From NCBI GenBank assembly GCA_020341815.1, contig CP070837.1, positions 1,108,575-1,172,574 on the forward strand: a stretch of DNA of 64,000 nucleotides, given 5' to 3'. Below are positions 32,658 through 39,963 of this stretch, piece by piece. Below the pieces are notes generated by a model. It saw nothing but the letters and a program-made list of their open reading frames with translations. It had not been told where the DNA came from and did not search any database. The stretch's first letter is position 1, and the number at the start of each line of letters is the position of its first letter. Position numbers and translations under genes: made by a program. The DNA is from Candidatus Omnitrophota bacterium (lineage in GTDB: Bacteria; Omnitrophota; Gorgyraeia; JAFGHF01).

Positions 32658-34244
32658 ATGAAACTAAGCCCGGAAATAAAGGCTTTTATTGATGATCAAA
32701 TCAGAACTAAGAAACCATCCCTTACTTACAACAAATTAAGGCAAAAGGTGGCCCAGAGATACAATGTGCGTATCTCCAAGGCAACAATCAGTAAAAGGGC
32801 CAGTGCCTTAAATGTCCGGTTTCGGCCGGGTCGCAGGCGTGCAGGTACCGTTGAGAAGCGGCCGGCGCACAGCACGGCCTTAGACTGCGCCGGGGGCTTT
32901 TTCCTGAAGGGCGCAGAGCTGGAAATAGGCCTATTATCCGCCCTAAATAACTCACTTAAGGTGCGCAGCGATTCCGGGCAGGCTCGACGGGTACTGATGC
33001 TTGCCCGGCAGCTTAACGCCATATTGCTATATGCGCCTGTATTTGGCCTTAAAACCGTGGGTGAAATTGCCTCTTATCAAGGGCAGGGCCTGCTTTACCT
33101 TGCCGAGCAAAAGGATATCCCCGCTGAGAAGGAAATCGAGCAATATCTGCAATTCCTGATTAAACAAAAGTTGTTACTGCCTGCCATTAAGGAAGTTACA
33201 AGGATTTCTCAGGAGGCCCTGTTTGTGTATGCAGAGCTTGCCGGCCGAAAGTTCTATCTGGATGCCCAGTTGCGCTCAGTCTGGCCAAAGCCGAAAATCC
33301 CCCAATATTTTACTGCAACTCTAAATAAGACAAGTAGTTACGTCAAAGATATCTTCCAAAACCCTTCCCCGCAGCAACCGCTGATCTTACAGGCTTGTCC
33401 GGGTTATGCCTTTTTGCCCGGAGAGATGTTCGACCTAATCCAGTGCTTTGAAGAGGCCGGCGAGAAGCCCATTTTACGCCTTGTTATTGGGGGTAAGGCC
33501 GGAGAAGTCCTCAACTGTTGGGAGAGCCTTAAGCCAGGGCAAAAATGCTACTTTTTGGCTCCGTTAAGCCCCTGGCAGTATGCAAAGCTCCAGGGCAGCA
33601 AAATCATCAAAGATTTTAAGCCGTATCTCATTGGGCCGCAGAAAGAGCCGATGTCTGTGGCAGAGGCAGAAGTAAACCTCTTTAATCCACAACTCAATGA
33701 AAACGTTAGAGTTAGGGCAGCAATGGTAAGGAGGCAGGGGGAGCGCCTGGTGTTGGTTACCAATATTTCTCGCCGCGAAGAGCGCTATATCCGCAGGATA
33801 GTTGAAGCCTATTTCTGCCGCTGGCCAAACAGGAAAATGCCCAGCTATTACGACCTGTTAGAGCAGGGGCATGAAGAAGTGCTGGCCCGTTCAGACAAAC
33901 TCTATCGCACAACTCCTTTATTGACAATTGGTTACGACAAAGATGTCCTGAACGGATTTAGGTATCTCCTTGCGCAGCTTAATCGTTATGCCCAGGAACA
34001 CTTTTTCCCGTCGGAGTACAGGAAAGAGGACTTAGACTCTATGTGCAAGAAGTTTTACCGCCAGGATGGATACCTGAAAATGAAACAAGATTGCTGCGAG
34101 GTAACCCTGCGCTCTTTCGCGCAAGATGTCCTTCAGGAGGCCGTTCAGATTGCCCGCCAAAAAATCAATCAAAACGGCATAAAATTCCCTGCCTCGCGGC
34201 AAGGCGGGCCTACCCAGACCCAACCCCAGCTACGTATAAAATAA
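32658..34244 (+). CDS. HTH protein with a degenerate DDE-transposase-like body
   Basis: N-terminal HTH-like segment; FYLDAQ; LVLVTN...IVEAYFCRW resembles the IS4-type TN...Y..RW..E motif but lacks the Glu. Confidence 0.5.
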   Translation: MKLSPEIKAFIDDQIRTKKPSLTYNKLRQKVAQRYNVRISKATISKRASALNVRFRPGRRRAGTVEKRPAHSTALDCAGGFFLKGAELEIGLLSALNNSLKVRSDSGQARRVLMLARQLNAILLYAPVFGLKTVGEIASYQGQGLLYLAEQKDIPAEKEIEQYLQFLIKQKLLLPAIKEVTRISQEALFVYAELAGRKFYLDAQLRSVWPKPKIPQYFTATLNKTSSYVKDIFQNPSPQQPLILQACPGYAFLPGEMFDLIQCFEEAGEKPILRLVIGGKAGEVLNCWESLKPGQKCYFLAPLSPWQYAKLQGSKIIKDFKPYLIGPQKEPMSVAEAEVNLFNPQLNENVRVRAAMVRRQGERLVLVTNISRREERYIRRIVEAYFCRWPNRKMPSYYDLLEQGHEEVLARSDKLYRTTPLLTIGYDKDVLNGFRYLLAQLNRYAQEHFFPSEYRKEDLDSMCKKFYRQDGYLKMKQDCCEVTLRSFAQDVLQEAVQIARQKINQNGIKFPASRQGGPTQTQPQLRIK

Positions 34245-34325
34245 GCATGCCTGCCTCGCCCTCAGGCGGGCCTGTTAAGAGTTACAAAAGGTGTGTTAAG
34301 CGTTACAAAAGTCAGTTTTTCTCCC

Positions 34326-34354
34326 TTGCCAAATCCCCCTTGATATGCTATACT
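34326..34354 (+). promoter_or_regulatory. Promoter of the pilin/giant-protein operon
   Basis: TTGCCA (34326-31), 17-nt spacer, extended -10 TGcTATACT. Confidence 0.7.
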
Positions 34355-34373
34355 TAGGGTGCAGGTAAACAAG

Positions 34374-34477
34374 GTTACTCGAAAACGCAACCTCGCACTA
34401 ATTTTTCAAAAAATTAGTGCTGGGGCGCAAAGCCACGGGCCCCGAGATTTTGGGGCAGCCGGGCTGCCGAAAGTAAC
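34374..34477 (+). ncRNA. c-di-GMP-I (GEMM)-class riboswitch, variant
   Basis: P1 GTTAC/GTAAC; CGAAAA.GCAA; GGGGCGCAAAGCCACGGG; CAGCCGGGCTGCCGAA. Confidence 0.75.
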
Positions 34478-34497
34478 GGCGGTCCGGCTTTTTATTT
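34457..34497 (+). terminator. Riboswitch expression-platform terminator overlapping the aptamer 3' strand
   Basis: AGCCGGGCTGCCG-AAAGTAA-CGGCGGTCCGGCT followed by TTTTATTT. Confidence 0.75.
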
Positions 34498-34600
34498 GAG
34501 GAATTATTAAGACTTTTAAAAAGTAATTATAAAGAGGCGGCAAAATGACAACAAATGGTGCAACAAAAAACCTGCATAGCAAAAAATTGAGGGTAAGATC

Positions 34601-34638
34601 AGCAGACCTTTCTAATAAGGGGTCTGCTTTTTTATTTT
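34601..34638 (+). terminator. Second terminator-like hairpin in the pilin leader
   Basis: AGCAGACC...GGTCTGCT followed by TTTTTATTTT. Confidence 0.6.
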
Positions 34639-34667
34639 CGTTTTCCATAAATCAGGGAGGCGGTAAA

Positions 34668-34847
34668 ATGAGGCGGCTACTTAAGAGAGGTCAGAGTGTA
34701 TTGGAATACGTTCTGGTCTTGAGCGCGATTGTCGCGGCTATCCTGGCAGTAGCATCTACAATAAAAGGTAATGTAAAAAGTTCTGTAGAGCATGCAGCCG
34801 GGGAAATGTACGATGTTATAGACACAAGATTTCTACCGCAAAAATAA
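34668..34847 (+). CDS. Flp-type pilin 1
   Basis: MRRLLKRG|QSVLEY plus a hydrophobic helix; GGAGG RBS. Confidence 0.85.
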   Translation: MRRLLKRGQSVLEYVLVLSAIVAAILAVASTIKGNVKSSVEHAAGEMYDVIDTRFLPQK

Positions 34848-34881
34848 TTGCAATAAAGGGAAAGGATGCAGGAGGAATAAA

Positions 34882-35055
34882 ATGAGGCGGCTAAATAAAA
34901 GAGGACAGAGCATATTGGAATACGTGATAATTTTGACTGCGATTATTGCAGGCATTATTTTGGCAACGCCGGAAGTGAAAACTAAGGTTACAGATCTTCT
35001 GACAAGAGCAGGCAACAGAATGCAAACTGAAGTAACAACAAAATTGAATTTTTAA
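34882..35055 (+). CDS. Flp-type pilin 2 (57 aa, not in ORF track)
   Basis: Translated by hand: MRRLNKRG|QSILEYVIILTAIIAGIILATPEVK...KLNF*; GGAGG RBS. Confidence 0.85.
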   Translation: MRRLNKRGQSILEYVIILTAIIAGIILATPEVKTKVTDLLTRAGNRMQTEVTTKLNF

Positions 35056-35074
35056 TGATTGCAGGAGGAATAAA

Positions 35075-35422
35075 ATGAGGCGGCTAAATAAAAGAGGACA
35101 GAGTACCGGAGAATATGCAATAGTTATCGGCTTGATTGTTGCCGCAGCAATTGCCATGCAGACCTATGTAAAAAGAGGAATGCAGGGAAAGATAAGGAAA
35201 GCCGTAGATAATATCAGTGAAGCCACCCGAGGCACAACCTTGCAATATGAGCCTTACTATTCCCACTCGGACTTTGAAACCAACACTCAGGAATATACAA
35301 TGACAGAAGCAACCACAGAGGGTGGAGGCTATGAGAAGCACATGGGTGAGGCGGGAGGATCAACAAAAACATCTCATCGAACCGGAACTCGAGGCATCCG
35401 GGCTGCGTCTGAAGCAGATTAA
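35075..35422 (+). CDS. Flp/TadE-like pilin 3
   Basis: MRRLNKRG|QSTGEYAIVIG...MQTYVKRG.QG. Confidence 0.85.
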   Translation: MRRLNKRGQSTGEYAIVIGLIVAAAIAMQTYVKRGMQGKIRKAVDNISEATRGTTLQYEPYYSHSDFETNTQEYTMTEATTEGGGYEKHMGEAGGSTKTSHRTGTRGIRAASEAD

Positions 35423-35454
35423 TTGAAACACACAAAGACATAACGAGGTGAAAA

Positions 35455-35805
35455 ATGAGGCGGCTAAATAAAAGAGGACAAAATACTATAGAATATGCAG
35501 TGCTTGTCGCTGTGGTGGTATCGGCTTTATTGGCAATCCAGACCTATTTAAACAGAGGGGTCAAGGGCAGGCTGAGAAGCTCCGTTGATAGCATAGGGCA
35601 GCAGTATTCTGCCGGGAATATGACCAGCTCCTCTACAACTACCGTTGCACCGCAAAAAAATGAGGAGGAATTTGGTACTGATACTTTAGGAAGAGGCTAT
35701 ACTAAGTCAAAAAGTACAGGCGGCACGACTACTGTACAGACTACAGGTGAGGGTGAGAAGACTACTTTGGGCTTGAGCGAAGAGACGTTATGGGAGGGAC
35801 AATAA
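35455..35805 (+). CDS. Flp/TadE-like pilin 4
   Basis: MRRLNKRG|QNTIEYAVL...IQTYLNRGVKGRL. Confidence 0.85.
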   Translation: MRRLNKRGQNTIEYAVLVAVVVSALLAIQTYLNRGVKGRLRSSVDSIGQQYSAGNMTSSSTTTVAPQKNEEEFGTDTLGRGYTKSKSTGGTTTVQTTGEGEKTTLGLSEETLWEGQ

Positions 35806-36284
35806 TGAGGCGGCTAAATAAAAAAGGACAGAGCACGGCGGAATATGCGATAGTTATCGGTCTGATTATCGGCGCAGTAATTGGTATGCAGACCTATGTA
35901 AAAAGAGGGGTGCAGGCCAGAGTCAAAGACGCTGTTGATGGTTTTGCTACTCGCGCAGACCATAAGGCTAATTTCGGCGCCGGGGATATTAGTTATAACT
36001 TTACTGACTATAAAAATGCCCAGATTGGAGAAACTGCGCAGGGAGACGTAAAATACTTAAAATCAAGAGACACCACCAGCACCATTGGAACCGGCACTAC
36101 TGCAACCGAGCAGATGGAAAAAGGCGGAAAGGTAACAAGGACATCAACGACAATCCAGACTCGGGAAGTGGATGAAACCTATGATTACCAGAAAGTCCTA
36201 AGAGGACAAGCAGCAGGAGGAGGACAAGCAGGAGCAGGAGCAGGACAAACAGGAGAGCAAACAGGAGGAGGAGGAGGAGGATAA
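35805..36284 (+). CDS. Flp/TadE-like pilin 5 with a Gly-rich tail
   Basis: MRRLNKKG|QSTAEYAIV...MQTYVKRGVQAR; its ATG overlaps the previous TAA. Confidence 0.85.
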   Translation: MRRLNKKGQSTAEYAIVIGLIIGAVIGMQTYVKRGVQARVKDAVDGFATRADHKANFGAGDISYNFTDYKNAQIGETAQGDVKYLKSRDTTSTIGTGTTATEQMEKGGKVTRTSTTIQTREVDETYDYQKVLRGQAAGGGQAGAGAGQTGEQTGGGGGG

Positions 36285-36289
36285 TAAAG

Positions 36290-36652
36290 ATGCGCTGGTT
36301 ATCTAGTAAAAAAGGACAAAATACGTTGGAATACGCTCTTCTTATAGCTACGGTCGTTGGTGCCGTTGTGGGTATGCAGATTTATGCTAAAAGAGGGGTT
36401 GAGGGAAAGCTGAAAAGCGCCACGGATGATATCGGCGCGCAGTTTGACCCCTTGAATACAGCGTACAGCTGGACCAATACACAAGAAAGCACAACGAAAA
36501 CGGTAACCAATGCCAGTGGCGTTAGCAATACCTATATGGGCGTTCCGGGTGGTGGCGTGCAAGAAACAACTACAAGAAGCGGCTATGAGAGCGTTAGCCC
36601 GTGGCGAGTACAGCCAGAGCCACAGACAGAGACAAAGCCACCGCAGAAATAA
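36290..36652 (+). CDS. Flp/TadE-like pilin 6
   Basis: KKG|QNTLEYALL...MQIYAKRGVEGKL. Confidence 0.85.
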   Translation: MRWLSSKKGQNTLEYALLIATVVGAVVGMQIYAKRGVEGKLKSATDDIGAQFDPLNTAYSWTNTQESTTKTVTNASGVSNTYMGVPGGGVQETTTRSGYESVSPWRVQPEPQTETKPPQK

Positions 36653-36692
36653 ACTATCTATATTGTTTTGAATAGATGAGGTATTTATTAAA

Positions 36693-36851
36693 ATGTTTAC
36701 CGACGGACAGAGCGTAGTAGAATATATGGTTTTATTTGCGATAGTTGCTGCCTTTACTTTGCTGAGCGTATGCAGTTTATTTCCTCCCCTGAGGCAAAGT
36801 TGCCAGATCGCTTTTCAAGGCGCAATGGAGGAGATCTTAGAATGCGAATAA
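36693..36851 (+). CDS. Flp-type pilin 7 (52 aa, not in ORF track)
   Basis: Translated by hand: MFTDG|QSVVEYMVLFAIVAAFTLLSVC...ECE*. Confidence 0.7.
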   Translation: MFTDGQSVVEYMVLFAIVAAFTLLSVCSLFPPLRQSCQIAFQGAMEEILECE

Positions 36852-36997
36852 ATCACCGCGCGCAAACCACATTGGAATATGCGATTTTAATTGCCGTTGT
36901 CGCAGCCGCATGTGCGGCAATGACTACTTATGTGCAGCGGGCGGTGCGGGCCAATCTGAAAGTGATTGAGGAGCAGATAAATGCAGAACCCGATTAA
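36842..36997 (+). CDS. Flp-type pilin 8
   Basis: MRINHRA|QTTLEYAILIAVVAAA..MTTYVQRA; GGAGGAG lies upstream. Confidence 0.8.
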   Translation: MRINHRAQTTLEYAILIAVVAAACAAMTTYVQRAVRANLKVIEEQINAEPD

Positions 36998-37046
36998 TTA
37001 TTATAATATATTATTAAGGCTCTATATAGTCAGGATAATAGGCAGG

Positions 37047-37496
37047 ATGAATATAAGAAATAAGGGACAGGTTCTTCTAAGAACCGGCGGGCAGGTATTG
37101 CTGGAATACGGCCTTATTTTAGTTTTAATAGCAACTACTATAATTGGCATACAATTATATGTTAGAAGAGGCTTGCAGGCCAGGCTCAAAGACGCAGTTG
37201 ATGGGACAATCGAAAGGATTTATATAACCGCCAAATCCAAGCCTAAGGTAGAATTGCCTACCGGTGAGATACCCCCTATTGTTATTTATTCCCCAGCAGA
37301 TCTTCAATACGAACCTTATTATGAGCAGTCAGATATTACCACCACAAGCAACTCCAACATTACCAATTCTTATTCGCCCGGTGGAGCAAGCAGTAAAGCG
37401 ATAGAGAGTGAGAAAACTATGCGCACAGGCAGCCGTCTTGAGTTGCCTTATTCAGATAAGGCAGGCCCGCCTACCAGCGGCGAGGCAGGAGAATAA
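37047..37496 (+). CDS. Flp/TadE-like pilin 9
   Basis: MNIRNKGQVLLRTGG|QVLLEYG...IQLYVRRGLQARL; shares LQYEPYY with pilin 3. Confidence 0.8.
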   Translation: MNIRNKGQVLLRTGGQVLLEYGLILVLIATTIIGIQLYVRRGLQARLKDAVDGTIERIYITAKSKPKVELPTGEIPPIVIYSPADLQYEPYYEQSDITTTSNSNITNSYSPGGASSKAIESEKTMRTGSRLELPYSDKAGPPTSGEAGE

Positions 37497-37497
37497 A

Positions 37498-38013
37498 ATG
37501 GGTAAATTAATTTCATCCAAGAGAGCTCAGGCTGTTTTAGAATATGCAGTTGTTTTGGGTATTGTTGCCCTGGCCCTGGGGATGATGCAGGTATATCTGA
37601 TGCGGGGCATTCAGGCCGGGGTTAAGATTGCCGCGGACGAAATAGGCCTGCAGGAGGATTCGGTAGAGTTGTCTGTGGAATTGAACTCGGCAAAGGAATT
37701 GGATTCGGCAAAGGAATTCGATGTCGCTGAAGTCAACAAGCAGAGATCCGTAGTGCGCAGCGAAAGTGCCAGCACGCACACTATTACGCATGGCGCCGGT
37801 GGCGGCCAGACAGCAGCAGAAACTTATAGTAATGAAATTATCAAAGTGGATGAAACTAATCCCAGTTGCAGCAAATCCTGGTATGGTTGGAGGAAGAAGC
37901 ACGAAAAGCCGGATGAGGCCGAAACTTCTTTGACGGTATTGGGTCCGGGAGGATCCCCGGATACGCCGTTTTCCGGAGAGGCCTACTCTCCCGATAAAGA
38001 ATACGGGGAATAA
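37498..38013 (+). CDS. Flp/TadE-like pilin 10
   Basis: KRA|QAVLEYAVV...MQVYLMRGIQAG. Confidence 0.8.
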   Translation: MGKLISSKRAQAVLEYAVVLGIVALALGMMQVYLMRGIQAGVKIAADEIGLQEDSVELSVELNSAKELDSAKEFDVAEVNKQRSVVRSESASTHTITHGAGGGQTAAETYSNEIIKVDETNPSCSKSWYGWRKKHEKPDEAETSLTVLGPGGSPDTPFSGEAYSPDKEYGE

Positions 38014-38014
38014 A

Positions 38015-38371
38015 ATGTTAACAGGACTGATGAAGAAAAAAGCTCAAACCTTACTTGAATATGCGCTGGTAATAGCCTGCGTTGCGGCAGCTTTAATGGC
38101 AATGCAGTTTTATGTCAAGCGCGCTGTGCAGGGAAGGCTGCGCACTGCCGCCGACCAGATTGGCGAGCAATATGAGCCGGGTGACGTAACAGGCGGCTTT
38201 ACCGTAACAGTAGACAGGGATATTACTACAAATGTAGAGCCGGAGCAGGAATTAATCATAGAAGGTGAAGATGGATATGCGACGCTTAGGACGGATACAT
38301 TTACCAAAGATGAGTTTGAGCGCACAGGCACAGAAACCCTGGGCGCATTCGGCTCATCGCTTTGGGAATAA
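38015..38371 (+). CDS. Flp/TadE-like pilin 11
   Basis: KKA|QTLLEYALV...MQFYVKRAVQGRL...DQIGEQY. Confidence 0.85.
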   Translation: MLTGLMKKKAQTLLEYALVIACVAAALMAMQFYVKRAVQGRLRTAADQIGEQYEPGDVTGGFTVTVDRDITTNVEPEQELIIEGEDGYATLRTDTFTKDEFERTGTETLGAFGSSLWE

Positions 38372-39719
38372 GAAAGCACAGTCATTGGTAGAATTGGCTA
38401 CTTTTGGCACGGTGCTGCTTTTTGCCCTGACCCTGCTTTTGCGCTACGGGATGAGTGCCAATCAGCAGCAGAATATGAGAATGCAGACTTTCCGCAAGGC
38501 CTTTGTCCGCGCGCGTTCTTATGATTATAAAGCTCGTTATTCGCGCTATTCCGAGGGAGATAAAAATGATCCGCTTTTTCAATTTCATCAGAGTGATATC
38601 TGGTGGCAGCAGGCAATAGCAGCGCAAAACCCCATGAATTTCGTTTCTTCGGATGAATGTTTAGACCCGGGCTGGGAATACGAAAATAAGATTTTAACCG
38701 ACAGCGGCGAATTGGTCAATCCGCCCCTGCCCAGCAATCACTGGCGCACCGTAAATTACGCAGTAGTTGAAGACAAGCCTGTTTTTTCCGCTTCGGGGAT
38801 TTTGCCCATTGCCGAGCGTGCTCCGGCGATGGCGATTACGGAGGCCACCTGCAGCATCGATCTGTTTATGAATCCAGGCTATGGCGACAAAAGGGCCCTG
38901 TCGCGCGCAGAATATGAAATTAACGGCAAGAGATATTCTTTTACCGCAGCCGGGTACAAGGAAGTTACGCTGACTAACGGCAAACTTGAAAACGGAAGCC
39001 CTATTATCATAAAAGAGGACATTGAGGATTGGAACGGACAAGGCAAATGCTGGAGACCGAAAGAGGTAAAAGTCCTTAAGGCAGGAGACATCGCAAATGT
39101 GGATGACGACCCTTATGAGGAAACCGTCATGGAAGCCAAGACAAGTGTTCTTGAAGTAATTGACGATGAGGGTAATCAGGTAAAAGTAGTAAATTCTGAA
39201 AAAAATATTATTGAACTCTACTTCAGCATTGACTATGTGGATGAGAACGGGTCTTACGCCGGGACTGGACACCGTAAAGGCAGATATACGCTTAGTGAGG
39301 AAGAGATAGGTGCAGCTGCGAAAGACTTTATAGAAATTAATGTATGCCTTGGCAGCGTTTATGATGGCGCCGATGCCGATGAGAAGTATATGTATAGAAA
39401 AGAAAAAATAAAGGTTATTGGATGGAAAAATGAATTAAAGGTGCTGGACCAGCAAGAGGGTGAGGTTTTCGCAGAAAGAATTAACCCTATAACAGGCGAA
39501 GAGGAAAAAGGCGGGCTCTTGGGCAGTTACAATAAAAAAACAGAAGTGAACGCATCTACTTTGGAGCGCAAAGAGAACGCTTTGGGCATCGAGACCATCG
39601 AAGATATCAATGCCCGGGAAATATTCAACCGCACAATTAAAACCCGAGATGGAGATCACAATGTACAGAGCAGCTTCTCCACACAAAAAACAACGACCTG
39701 GGATACGCCCCATAAATAA
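38265..39719 (+). CDS. Large pseudopilin-like protein 12 (start uncertain)
   Basis: KKA|QSLVELATFGTVLLFALTLLL followed by a large acidic soluble domain. Confidence 0.7.
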   Translation: MKMDMRRLGRIHLPKMSLSAQAQKPWAHSAHRFGNKKAQSLVELATFGTVLLFALTLLLRYGMSANQQQNMRMQTFRKAFVRARSYDYKARYSRYSEGDKNDPLFQFHQSDIWWQQAIAAQNPMNFVSSDECLDPGWEYENKILTDSGELVNPPLPSNHWRTVNYAVVEDKPVFSASGILPIAERAPAMAITEATCSIDLFMNPGYGDKRALSRAEYEINGKRYSFTAAGYKEVTLTNGKLENGSPIIIKEDIEDWNGQGKCWRPKEVKVLKAGDIANVDDDPYEETVMEAKTSVLEVIDDEGNQVKVVNSEKNIIELYFSIDYVDENGSYAGTGHRKGRYTLSEEEIGAAAKDFIEINVCLGSVYDGADADEKYMYRKEKIKVIGWKNELKVLDQQEGEVFAERINPITGEEEKGGLLGSYNKKTEVNASTLERKENALGIETIEDINAREIFNRTIKTRDGDHNVQSSFSTQKTTTWDTPHK

Positions 39720-39963
39720 GTCGAGGGCTCAGGCGACAATAGAGGCAACAATATCCATCATTGCCGTGTTTATCTTTCTTCTGGGGGCAATGCAGATCTT
39801 TCTCTGGATGAACCGCAATATTATTGACCGGCAGAAGGCCTATCAGGAAAGCAGGCTGTCATTGGGCGATTTCACAAGGAAGCCGGGAAAAAATGACGAA
39901 ATAAAGTCAATAGATTTTTACCAGCCTACAGAGTTCTCTGTTTTTTCGCAAGAGGGTGAATAA
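39610..39963 (+). CDS. TadE-like pseudopilin 13 (start uncertain)
   Basis: SRA|QATIEATISIIAVFIFLLG. Confidence 0.7.
   Translation: MPGKYSTAQLKPEMEITMYRAASPHKKQRPGIRPINKSRAQATIEATISIIAVFIFLLGAMQIFLWMNRNIIDRQKAYQESRLSLGDFTRKPGKNDEIKSIDFYQPTEFSVFSQEGE

Noticed and set aside
34545-34667. N-terminal extension of pilin 1 in the ORF track
   Set aside because: It crosses a terminator hairpin. The GGAGG RBS and the leader shared with paralogs place the start at 34668.
34867-35830. Repeated pilin 5' blocks as a CRISPR array or DGR template/variable pair
   Set aside because: The repeats are RBS plus leader coding sequence with irregular gene-length spacing. No cas or reverse transcriptase gene is in the window and no adenine-specific mismatch pattern was seen.
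36203-36281. GGA/GCA-rich tract as a separate repeat element
   Set aside because: It is explained by the Gly/Ala/Gln-rich tail of pilin 5.
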